Shown here piece after piece: positions 23,004 to 34,259 of a stretch of 64,000 bases of DNA (the stretch's first letter is position 1; each line of letters opens with the position of its first letter). The translations under genes and the position numbers were made by a program. The notes beneath the pieces were generated by a model. That model searched no databases and was not told the DNA's origin. It worked only from the letters and a program-made list of their open reading frames with translations. This DNA is from Cyanophora paradoxa CCMP329 (taxonomy: Eukaryota > Plantae > Glaucophyta): assembly GCA_004431415.1 (NCBI GenBank), contig QPMI01000269.1, positions 1 through 64,000 of the forward strand, written 5' to 3'.

Positions 23004-26000
23004 CTACTTCCTACCGGTGGGGCGGCGGGCGCTCACGATGCGGCGGGGCGCCTGCGCCGCCCCCAGCGAGAAGCCGCCGGCCTGCTGGGGCGCTGCCTGT
23101 GCTGCGCCGCCGCCCCCGAAGCCGAAGGCGGGCTGCTGCTGCGGCTGCTGCGGTGCTCCGAACGAGGGCCCCGCCTGAGGGGCCCCCCCGAACCCGAACG
23201 CCGGCTGCTGCTGCGGCGGCTGCTGGGGCGCACCGAACGCGAATGCGGGGGCGGCCGAGGTCTGCGGCTGCTGCTGCGGCGCCCCGAAGGCGAACCCCGC
23301 GCCGCCAGCCGCCGGCTGCTGCTGCTGCCCGAAGGCGGGCGCACCAGGCTGTGACTGCTGCGGCGCCCCGAAGCTGAAGGCGGGGGCCGGCGCGGCCGCC
23401 GGTGCTGCGGCCCCGCCGAAGCCCCCGAAGGCCGGGGCGGCTTGCGAGGGGGCCGGCTGCGTGGCAGGGGCGCCAAAAGCGAAGGGAGCGGCGCCTGCGG
23501 GGGACGGGGCTGATGTCTTTGCGCCTCCGAAGGCGAAGGCCGGCGCGGCCGGTTGTGCCGCCTGCGCGGGGGCCGCCGCGGGGGCCGCCCCGAAGGAAAA
23601 GGAGGGGGCGGCCGAGGCGACGGGGGCGGCCGGTTGCGGGGCTCCGAACGAGAAGGCTGGGCCCCCGCGAGGGCCGGCGCGGCGGCGGGGGCGGCGCCGA
23701 AGGAGAAGGCGGGGGTGGGAGAGGGCGCGGCAGGGGCGGCGGGGGCTGCAGCGGCGGGGGCACCGCCGAAGGTGAACGCGGGGGCGGCAGAGGTGGCGGC
23801 GGCGGCGGCGGCCCCGCCGCCGAACGCGAAGGCGGGGGCGGAGCCCGCCGCCGGCGCGGCAGAAGCAGCTGAGGAGGCAGGAGCGCCGAATGCAGCGGCA
23901 GGGGCCGCTGGTTTGCTCGCATCTGCCGCAGGCACCGCGCTCGGCGCGAAGGAGAAGGCAGGGGCAGGGGAGGCGGCGCCAACGGGCGCGGCGGCGCCGA
24001 AGCTAAAAGCCGGGGCGGCAGCTGGGGCGGCAGACGGCGTGGCGGCCGTCGTGCTCGCTCCCCCGCCGGCCCCGGCGCGGCTGCGCCCAAGGCAAAGGCC
24101 GGGGCCGCGGCCGCGGCGGCCGGCTTGGAGGCATCGGGAGCGGCCGGGGCGCCGCCGAAAGCGAAGGCCGACGCCGCCGGCTTCGGCGCGTCGCCGGTCG
24201 CTGCCGAGGGCGCGGCCGCTGCGCCGAAAGCAAAGGCCGGGGCGGCCGCCGGCTTCACAGCCTCGGCGGCTGGCGGCGCGGCGGACGAGGCGGCTGCGGG
24301 GGTGGCGCCAAAAGAGAAAGACGGGGCGGGCGCCGCCGGCTTTGCTTCGCCGGAGGGAGCTGCCGGCGCAGCTCCGAAGCTCAACGGCGACGCCTCCGGC
24401 TTGAGAGCCTCGGCGGCGGGCGCAGTGGCGGCAGGCGCGAAGGGCACTGCGCCGAACGACAAACCCGGGGCGGCGGTGGGGGCCGCCGGTGCCGCTGCGG
24501 CGGCCGCCGGCCTGGGAGCAGCGGCGTCCCCCGCAGGCTTCGCCTCCGCAGCGGGGGCCGCGGGACGCTGAACGAGAAGGGCGGCGCCGCGACGCCGCCG
24601 GCCGGCTTGGCCGCTCCCGCGCCAGCCGCGTCGGCCGGCGCATCGGCCGGCTTGGCGGGCTCGGCGGAGAAGGAGAAGGCGGCGGCTGGCTTCGGTGCAC
24701 CTTCGGGGGCCTTCCCGAAGGCCGCGGCGGCCGCGACGCCGACGCCCTTATCGGCTGCTGCGGCCTCGGCCGCCTGCGCCGCAGCTGGCGATGCAGTGGA
24801 GGCGGCCGAGGCGGAGGGGCCGATGGCGGCGGTAGAGGCGGCGGCCGGGGCAGCAGCAGGCGTGAAGACGAATCCGCCCGAGGAGCCGGCGGCCGCCGGG
24901 GCCGCTGCGAGATCAGGGTAAGCGGCGGAGGGGCGGCGAATGACTCGAATGTAGGCGAGCGCGTACCAGCGACGGGGCCGGTGGGCGCGGCCGGCGCCGA
25001 CCCGGTGGGGTCGTCGGCGGGCGCTGCGCGGGGCGGTCAGACGGGGAATGTGTGCGCCCGGAGATCGCAAAGGGCGCGCACCGGAGGGGGCGGAGGCGGT
25101 GGCAGCAGACGCCGACGGGCGGAGGGGCGAGGCCGACGGCCCGCGCTCGGCGGCGCCGCGTGCGAGAAGCCACCCGCGGAGGGGCGGCGCCTGCGGCGGC
25201 GGTCAGATGCGATTCTTCTTGATCGATTAGGGGCCGATCTTACCGCGCGCGTGCCCTGGCGGGCGCCGGCGGTGAGGGCGGGGCGGAGGCGGCGGGCGGC
25301 GCCGGCAGAAGCGTCGCCTGCCGAGCGGAGGCCGTAGGAAGAGAGGGGTGTGCCCGCGGAGGAGCCTGAGAAAGGAAGAATGGCGGAGAAGGACGAGGAG
25401 GCGGCGGCCGGCGGGACGGCGGCGCGGGCGGGCGCGGACTGGGCGGCGGAGGAGGAGGCGGTCGCGGCGGGCGGCTCGGCGGGGAGGGAGGAGAGGAAAG
25501 CAAGAAGGCGGCGGTGCATGGGCGCGGGGCCCGTGCGCGCGTGCTTGCCTGGCGGCGGCGCCCCGTCCGGCCGGTCCCGCCGCTTGCGGTCGAAGGCGGT
25601 CGCGGGGCTCTGCAGCGCCACCGACGCGATCGCCTGCGCGCGCGTCGGCCCCCTTCAAAAAGCGGCGCCGATGCAGCGCACCTGTCCTTGGAAGCGGGCG
25701 GCCGGCGGCAGGGCGACCTCGGGGGCGTCGGGGCGAGCGCGCCTCGCCGGGTGCGCGGCGTGCTCGTCAGCGAACCGCACGCGCGGCGTCTCGCCGACGT
25801 AGTGCCCGCTCGAGTCCTTCCGCTTGCGGCTCACAGCCGACGACGGGCCGGCCGGCCTGCGCGCGGGCAGCGCGTTACGGCGGCGCACGATCGCGCGAGG
25901 AGCGCGCACGTCTGACGCGAGGCGGAGAGGATCTTCTCGATATCCGCCGGCTTCGTGCTGAGCGAAAGCGCCGGTGCCGGCACGAAGCGCGTGGGGCGGC

Positions 26001-26340
26001 CCGCTGAGCCCGGCGGTGGCCGTGTTACGTCCGAGCCGCTGGCCCCGATAACGAGCCGGCGCCGCTCCGAGAGCGCCGGATGCTGCGGGTGATGTGCTGG
26101 GAGCTGCTGCGGCTGCGCCAGCACTGAGGATGCGGCGAGGGGCGGCGCAGGAGATGGCTTGTCGGCGCCAGTCCACGAGAGCCTTCGAGGAGAAGGCAGG
26201 CCCAAAGGCAGCGGGGTGGGCACAGCGTTGCGGGGAGAATTCTCATCGGCCGACGAGCTCGCCTGCGGGGAGGGCACATGCGAATTTGCGTCGTGCTGGC
26301 CTCCCAGCCAGCGCGCGAGGCCACCGATGATCCAAGACAT
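23004..26340 (-). CDS. FG-repeat nucleoporin, Nup153/Nup1 (nuclear basket)-like
   Basis: Many FxFG repeats (PAFSFGA, AFAFGG, AFTFGG) in Ala/Pro-rich spacers; N-terminal amphipathic MSWIIGGLARWLGG; basic C-terminus GFSLGAAQAPRRIVSARRPTGRK*. Confidence 0.85.
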
Positions 26341-26505
26341 CGCGAATCACCAGCCTTGATCGCAGCCTTGCGGATCACCCGCACAGGTGGCTGGTACGGG
26401 GGCCCGATGTTCCGTTTGCTCGAAGTTTCTGTACCCTGTCGAAAAACATTCTGGGGTACTGGTGCAATACTCCGTCGCACACAACTCATACCCGCGCCCT
26501 GCCTG

Positions 26506-27122
26506 ATGTCTTCCCCGGGGCTCTGCAGCGTCAGCGACGACGTTCTTCGGATCATCCTGAGCTTTTGCAGCGGTTGGGACCTCCTATCGATGATGCGGAC
26601 CTGCAAGAGGCTCCACGCGTGCTGCTCGTGCGCGTACACGCGGCCTGGAGGCCCCCCTCCGCGCTCTGTGCATGCCCTGGTCGTTCGGGGCCTCTTTACT
26701 CGCTCCCCTGGGGGCTTCGCAGGGAGGACCTCGTTTGGAGGCATGCAATCAAGCGCGACTTCGGCGTCACAGCTCCTACCGCGGCTACGCGGCTGCCGTC
26801 CCTCGCGCGCCGATCGTACCGCAGGCGAGCCAGCCGCTGTAGCGTGAATGCAAATGTCCCTATGCGATGCAGTGGTGCAGGTATTGGAAGCACTGGGAGC
26901 TGGCCCTGCGCGGAGTTCCAGACTGAGCTGGGGCGCCGGCCGCGGGATGTCGCTCCCACGCTCTTCGGATCGAGCGACACGTTCACACCCGCGGACCGCT
27001 TGTGCCCTCACGATGCCAGCAGCAACCCGACCAAGAACCCTACGGAAGATGTAGACGGGCGCCTGCAGCAGGTCGCGCTCCGCGGCGGTGCGCGCCCTTC
27101 AACTCCTGCCTTTCCTGTCTAA
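26506..27122 (+). CDS. F-box domain protein; 3' end uncertain
   Basis: LCSVSDDVLRIILSFCSGWDLLSMMRTCKRLH followed by EDLVWRHAIKRDFG fits the F-box consensus. Confidence 0.7.
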
Positions 27123-27511
27123 ATTCGAACCCCGCGCGAATCGATATCGCGCCCCGCGCGCAGGTCCACACGATCCCTGGCCTGGCGCCCCTCTGCACCG
27201 TCCGCCGCCGCGGCGCCACGTCGACGTTCTGCGCCGGAGCCGTGCACATCTCGAAGCGGTGTTGGTTCAAGCGCAGCGGTGTTGGTTCAAGCGCTCATGT
27301 CATGTTCATGATTCTGCTAGGTTACGTATACGTGTGAAGAGGCTCCCATGTACTGTACTCGATCTACTAGAATCGGAATCGGAAGGGCGACGCAGCGGGT
27401 ACTAGTGCGGGCACGCCACGATCGGAAGGGCGGACCGGGCGCGCGTTCGGTTCGGGCAAGGCGGGCGGGGCGGGTTTGAATTCGCGGGTGTGGGGCGGGG
27501 GCGGGCGGCTC

Positions 27512-29829
27512 TCAGCCGCGCATGGCGCGGGTGATCTCCATGGCGGTGAACTTGCGGGTGGCGAGCCAGGAGCCGAGGAGGGCGGCGGCGAGGGAGAGGA
27601 GGACGACGAGGGCGAAGAGGGCCCCCGGGAAGTCGAAGGCGAGGGGCAGCTCGGTGAAGAGGCCGAACTGGAGGGTCAGGGTGACGGCGACGAGGAGGCC
27701 GACCGCCGTCCCCGACGCCACGCACGCCACCACCACGCACACCGCCTCGTACACGAAGACGCGCGCCACCTGCCCCGCCGTCACGCCCACCGCCCGCAGC
27801 ACGCCTGCGCGCCCCGCGCCCCGCCGGCGTCAGCGGGAGAGGAGTCGTCGAGGGGCGGGGGCGCGCCGAGCTGCCAGGAGTTCTCGCGGACGTTGGCGGT
27901 GAAGGAGAGCCAGAGGATGAAGAAGCAGAGCGTGATCGTGATGACCGCCACCACGTTGAAGAAGACCTGCCGCCGGCCCCGCGCCGTCGCCCCAGGGCCC
28001 CGAGGCGGGTGGCGCCGGCGCGGGGCGGGCACCAGCATGAGGTCGGAGGCCGTCTTGGTGGAGTCGACGGTGCCCGTCGTGTCCGTCACCGTCCCCACCT
28101 CCGACGGCACCAGCACCTGCCGCCCCGCCCCGCCCCTCGCGACGCGCCGCCGCGCCTGGGCGGGGCGGGCGGGGCGGGGCGCGGCGGGGCGGGCCTTGAT
28201 GGCGTTGATGAGGCCGTCGCGGTCGCCGGCGGTGGCCCCGGGGCGCAGGCGGACGAGGAGGGCGCCCTTGGGGGCGCGCCCCTCGGGCAGCCGCTTCACG
28301 CTCTCCGTCCGGTTCTCCGAGAAGGCCGCCTGCGCGCCGCTCGGAGGGCGCCCCGCGAGGCGGGCGGGGCGGGCGGGGCGCGCCTCGTAGATCTCAAGCA
28401 GCATTGCCGTGTAGCGCTCCTCGGAGATCAGAACCTGCCGGCGCGGCGCCGCGTCACACCCCACGGAGGCTGCGCGTGCGGTGCGGGGGCGGGGGCGGGG
28501 CGGGGCGGCACGGTGGAGGCGGTGCGGGCGAGGGTGCGGTACGAAGTGAAGAAGAAGCCCGGGACCTGCGCGGTGGCGCTCGCGCGGGGCGGGCGGGCGA
28601 GGGTGCGGGGGCGGGCCTTGCGGGCGAAGCAGCGGGCGGTGGCGAGCCAGGAGCCGACGAGGCCGTCGGCCTCGGCGGCGCCCTCGAGCTTGAGCTTGAG
28701 GAAGGTGGCCGAGGAGGCCCCGATCTCGGGCCGCACCCCCTCCATCACGATCGCGTCCGTCACGCTCCCGTACGCTTTCTGCGCCCCCGCTCGCGCCCCA
28801 GCAGCGGGAAGGGGCGAGGGGCGCGGCGCCCGCCTTGGTGTCGGCGGCGGGGACGCCGGAGCGGACGCCGGCGATGGGGGAGGGGGGGATGTCGGCGGCG
28901 GAGTAGACGGTGGGGCTCGTGGAGAGGGAGCCCGGGACGTCGAGCACGCCCTCGACCGTGCGGTACGGGCCCGGCACGGTGGAGGCGGGGACGAAGTAGC
29001 GCGGGTAGGCGGCGTCCAGGAAGGTCGCCTGCAGGCCGACGAGCCCCGTCCGCAGCTCCGGCGTCCCCGCCAGGCTCGACACGTACACCTGCCCGCCCCG
29101 TCTCGGGCGCCCCCGGCGGCGGGAGGCGGCGGGCGGGAGGGGGCGGGGGCGCACGGCGTCGACGAGGGGCAGGTCGGACATGTCCTGGGTGAGCCAGGTC
29201 CAGGCGGCGACGGGGCCGCCGGCGCGGGCGGCCTCGGCGCGCAGGAGGCCGTCGAGGGCGGTCTCGTTGAGGTCGGCCCCGGGCCCCGCCTTGAGGGCCT
29301 GCACCGAGATGTCCGCCCCGACGAGGGCCCGGATGTTCTCCCCGAACGAGGCGCTCTGCAGCGAGAACATCGCCCCCGCGAAGACGATGAACGCGATCGA
29401 CACCGTGAACATCGCCGCCGTCTTCGTCGACCGGTTCCTGCAGCCCGCCGAGCCCGTCGGCAATCGGCCCCGGGGCGGGTCGCGGGGCGGGGGCGGCGCC
29501 GGGGGCGGGGCACCGGTGGGCAGCGAGGTTCTTGCGGACGAGGGTGCCGAAGCGGCGCTCGGGGCCCCAGAGGATGCAGAGCAGCACGAGGCGCTCCAGC
29601 CGCGGCTGCACGGCGAGGCTGCGGGGCAGCTCGGCGGGGACGGGGCGGCGCGGCGGGCGGGGGCGGCGCGCGCCTGGCCATGGCGAGGCCGGCGAGCATG
29701 CCGAGGAGGATGAAGATGAGGAGGGTGAAGAAGAGGGGCAGGTCCCCGAATGTGAACGCGTACGGGATGAGGTAGTACACCACAAACCTGCCCGTCCGGT
29801 CGGTCCCGCCGCTCCCCAGCGAGGCGCCG

Positions 29830-29860
<31 letters not shown>

Positions 29861-32800
29861 CGCACCCGATGACGATGAGGAGGACGGCGACGGCGGTCTG
29901 CAGCAGGGAGAGGCCGAGCTCCTCCAGCCGCATCATGCGCACCGTCACCTGCCGACCCCCGCCTCAGCCGGCGAGGCGAGGGGCAGACGCCAAGGGGGCG
30001 CCCCGCGCCTCGGAGAAGGACTGGTGGTAGATGTCGAGGGCGTCGCGGAGGGTGCGGGAGAGGGCGCGGCGGATGGGCCCCACGTTGGCGAGCAGGGGCA
30101 TCAGCAGGCCCAGCACCACGCCGTACGTCACCGCCGGCTGCTCCAGGCTGCGCCCACGTCGGCCCCGCCGCCCCGGCCGCCCCGCCGGCCCCGCGCGCAC
30201 TTGAAGGGGATGGAGTAGGAGAAGACGTTCTCGATGACCTGCGCCGGGCGCCGCGCGGTCGCGAGGGCGCGGACGGCGCGGGGCAGTGCCGGTGGGGGGG
30301 GGGGCGGACCCGGACGGTGGGGATGGTGAGGAGGAAGGCGGCGAGGAGGCCGAGGGCGACGCCGGGGAGGGCGAACCACGTCGACTGCAGCAGCAGCAGC
30401 TCGACCAGCACGTGGTGCCGCATCCCGAGCGCCCTGCGCCGCCCCGGCCCTCAGGGCGGCTCGAGCGGGGGCGGCTGGCGGAGCGGGGGCGGCTGGCGGG
30501 GCGGGCGCGCCTGAGCATGCCGTAGTCGAAGGTCTTGTGCTCGACGTCGGAGAGGAGGAGGGCGTAGATGAGGAGGGCCCCGAGGAAGACGAGGACGGCC
30601 GTCACCGCGTTGAAGATCTGGTCGAGGAAGAGGCGGATGAAGAGGGTGGACTTGAGGGTCAGCGCCACCGGCAGCGTGTAGTCCGCCGCGTAGTCCACCC
30701 CGATGCGCAGCGCCACCTGGCGGGGCGCGCCGACGGGGCGCGTGGGCGAGGGAGGGGGGCGAAGGCGGGGGACGGGGCGCGCCTCGTTGGTGAAGTGGAT
30801 GAGGTCGGCGTCCATGCCGGCCTGGTTCTTCGTGTACGTCGTCACCCGCTCGCTGCCCCCCGCACCCCCGTCAGCCCAGTGCCCGCCCCCCCGCCCAGCC
30901 GCCCGGTGCATGCGCCGCACTTCATCTGGACGATCTGAAGGAGGGCCCGCTGCCGCAGGTCGAAGCCCGACGCGACGCCTTGCAGCCGATCGTACACGGC
31001 GCGCTGCGGGGCCGGCGGGCGGTCGGCGCCAGCGAGGAGGGGAAGGGGGGGGGGGGGGGGGGGGGGCGAGAGGGCGGGCCTGGAGCGGGGCGGCGAGGAG
31101 GGCGGGCCCCGTGGAGTTGGCGTCGAGGGCGGTGAGGTCGAGGACGCCGACGGCGCCCTTGAGGAACTTCTCGAGCGAGGCGCGGACCTGGGGGCGGTGA
31201 GGGCGGGGGGCCGGGGGCGGGCGGGGCGCGGGGCACCCAGTCGAGCTCGAGGAGGGCGACGGAGCCGAGGGCGCCCGAGTACTTGCCCGACGGGCTCTCC
31301 ACCCCGTCCACCACAGCGTGCTCCAGGCTCACGTTCAGCGCCCGCCGCACCACCGGCGCAATCAGCTCCACGATCTGCCGCCCCGCCGCCCCCCTCAGCC
31401 CGTCGCCGCCGCCGGGCCGCGGGGCCGGCGGGGCGCGCCTGGGAGGCGTTGACGAGTAGGGTGCCCGAAGCGCGCGCGAGGAGGTCCGTCACGTTCACCG
31501 CCGTCGACCCCTCGGGGTCCAGCCCAGCCGCATCCAGCAGCTGCCGCGCGCGTCGGGCGGCGAGGCGAGCCGCGGGCGCCGCCGCCGCCGCGGGCGCACG
31601 GTGGAGAGGGGCAGCGCGGTGGTGCTGGGGAGAAGCTGGAGGGCCGGCGGGGCCGGCGCCGGCTCCACTGTCACATTGGCGTTCGTGGAGACGTTGAGGC
31701 CGGCGGCGCGGAGGAGCGGCTGCAGGGGGAGGAGGCGGGGCGGGGGCGTGGGGGTCGGGGCGGTCCCGTTGGGGGCGGCGACGAAGCGGGAGAGGGCGGT
31801 GCCGGCGGTGAGGGCGGTCAGGTTGAGCAGCACGGTGGTGTTGCCGGGCGGGTAGAGGTTCGCGGCGCGCAGCAGCTCCCGGTTCGAGAGGCGCACGGGC
31901 TCCGGGAATGCGGCCCGCGAGGCCTCCAGCAGCCCGAAGCGCCGGATCGCGTCCCCGATGTCCACCGGCACGACCCCGCTCACGTTCAGCCCCGCCCCCT
32001 CCAGCAGCCTCTCCACTGCTCCGCCCCATCAGCGAGGCCGGCGCGGGCGGCCGCCGCCCGGCGGGCGCACCTACGGCGGTCGTCGTCGAGTTGCCGAGAG
32101 TGAAGTTCGAGGCGGGGCCGTAGGTGGAAAGGATGTTCAGCATGTCCACCTGGGCGCCGCATGAGGCGCCGCCGCTGGGCGGGCACGCCGACACGCGCCT
32201 GCAGGTGTACGCGGCGGCCACGGTTGGGCGTCACGCCAAGGGACCGCAGGGCAGAACCCGTAACGTGCGTCTCTTGCTCGCCCAGGGGCCGGTAGGGCCA
32301 ACTCTTCCCCACGCCCAGCTCCTGCACGCCGGAGCGGTCGCGCAGGCGCTCGGCCCGCGGAGCGCTGCAGGGCAGCGCACGGATTCCTTTGCGGAGTCCA
32401 CGACGAGGGCGATGACCGAGGCATTTTGGAGGTGGTTGTCCCTGTTGACCGCTTGCGCGAGCATGACCCACCGCGGAGTCGTTCCCATCACCCGCGGGGC
32501 ACCGGCCAGCGCTTCCGAGATGTAGGTCCCGTTAAGGAACGTGCTGTTCCCGCCTCGCGGCTGCGGCGTCAGGACGAGGTCCGTGGCGCCGACCGCGTCC
32601 TCCGACAGCTTGAAGAACACAATCGGGGACTTGGCGATAGCGTTCTGCAGGAACGTAATCTGCGGCTTTGTCAGCGATTCTTCGGAGCTTCCGCGTGTCG
32701 CGGTGCAAGGGCCGCCTGCGAGCACGCACGAAGAACACGACCTGCGGCGGTTGAAGCGTCAGCTTTGCAGTGCCAGGGCGGCCGACGCTAGAGGCAGGCG

Positions 32801-33237
32801 AAGCATGCGTCTCTGCGTTGTTGGATCACTAGACACCCTTTCTGCAAGCACAGGCTGCCCCAACACATGCGCACGCTTGGCGCTCATGCGATATCTCTTG
32901 GCACGCGGGCCAGTAACTCAACAACCCAAGGCTGTATTATGCAGAATGCGCACCAGGAAAACGGTGAACACGCCGACCTGCGCCGCGGCAAGTGAGTTTC
33001 AACGGGGCTGCAGCAAGCGCTGGAGTGTGGCTACGGGGCGGAACCGCTAACCCAGAAGCTGCGACCATTCTTCCGTAAGTCGTCGACAACGTAGCGATTT
33101 GCGACCACGAAGGCCCCAATTTCCTCCCGGGCCACGTCCTTCCTACTGATGTCCTTCTTGCCCCAGAGGACATGCAGATGCGGGACTGCCTGCTGGTCCG
33201 CTCTCGGGGCCAGGGGCTCCGCTTCGGGCTCGGCCAT
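27512..33237 (-). CDS. Large FtsX/MacB-type (DUF214) ABC permease-like membrane protein with two permease modules, many introns
   Basis: NAIAKSPIVFFKLSEDAVGATDLVLTP; module 1 RLFLDQIFNAVTAVLVFLGALLIYALLLSDVEHKTFDYGMLRALG; RKNLAAHRNRSTKTAAMFTVSIAFIVF; module 2 CFFILWLSFTANVRENSWQLGVLRAVG...QFGLFTELP. Confidence 0.88.
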
Positions 33238-33552
33238 CGGAGGACGGAGCGATGGGGGGGAAGACCGACAGGGGGCTACCGAGTCGGCCAAGTTAAGCCA
33301 AGCGAATCGACGTCGATCCACCACCGGCCGCGGGGCGGCGCGGATGAGCCTGAGTACCTGACCTGAGCTCGTCCCTCGTGACTGTTTAGCGTGAGTAGCC
33401 GGCCTCGAGCCGGCGGAGCATGTGCAGCGTCAAGCAGCCGGCTCTCGATCATACTTGGTTCGTATTTGCTCTATAGTTTATGTGCTCCATGTGCCCAGTT
33501 GAAACGCCGCCGTCCTCGCCCAGACTCGTCCGCATCGGGGAGAGGCTAGCAC

Positions 33553-33873
33553 ATGTTACGCGCAGCCGGCTGTTCGGCCTTGGAAGAACTGGCGGTGAAG
33601 CTGCAGAGCTTGGCGCGGGCTTCCCTCGCGCGTAAGCGCGCCTCCGAGACGCTCCAGGCAGCTTCGGTGCTGCAGTCGGCGGTTCGGGTCCTCCTGGCTC
33701 GCTCTGCGCGCCGCGAGCAGCGGCAGCGCCGTCGGGCGCAACAGGCGGCGGTCCTGTTGCAGTCGCTGATGCGCCAGCGGCTCGCGGAGCAGGTCTTGAT
33801 CCGATCAAAGTACTGGCTGAAGGATCGGTCCGGCCCGCCCATCCCTTCTCCCCAGCTAACTAGTAATCGTTAA
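33553..33873 (+). CDS. Short ORF or exon with two IQ-like motifs; possibly a gene fragment
   Basis: ASVLQSAVRVLLAR and AVLLQSLMRQRLAE resemble IQxxxRxxxxR. Confidence 0.3.
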   Translation: MLRAAGCSALEELAVKLQSLARASLARKRASETLQAASVLQSAVRVLLARSARREQRQRRRAQQAAVLLQSLMRQRLAEQVLIRSKYWLKDRSGPPIPSPQLTSNR

Positions 33874-34259
33874 TGTTACCGGCCGTCAGGTACTGGCGCG
33901 ACGGCGCGTAGTGGCCTGGAGCGCCTGCGCTGCCGAGCCGCGCGCCGCGGCGCCGCCAGACCGCGCGCATTGCCAAATCTGCATGCGAGGCCCTGAGGTC
34001 GAGGCCGGCCTTGACGCTGTTGACTTCACGCAAAGTGATCAAGCATTGCGGCTAGGTCTGAGCCATAGCTAGATTTGTTTCTCTAGAGTCCGACGGTCTA
34101 GATCTGTATTGTGTACAGGGCATGGAACTTCGGATCCGGCTGAAGTCGAGAGTCTTCACTAAGTCAAGGACAAAAGGAGATGCACGAGCATGCGCAATGG
34201 CGCCGACGCCGACGGTTGCTCGGGGGCCGCGGGCAGACTGAGAGGCCGGGGCTGGGGCC

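Noticed and set aside
23300-24600. Frame changes in the nucleoporin repeat region suggesting programmed frameshifting
   Set aside because: They fall in low-complexity G/C-rich tracts; indel errors or unrecognised introns are more likely.
31000-31115. Possible GG-AG intron in the permease gene
   Set aside because: One extra G in the run gives a normal gcccgc donor in the correct phase.
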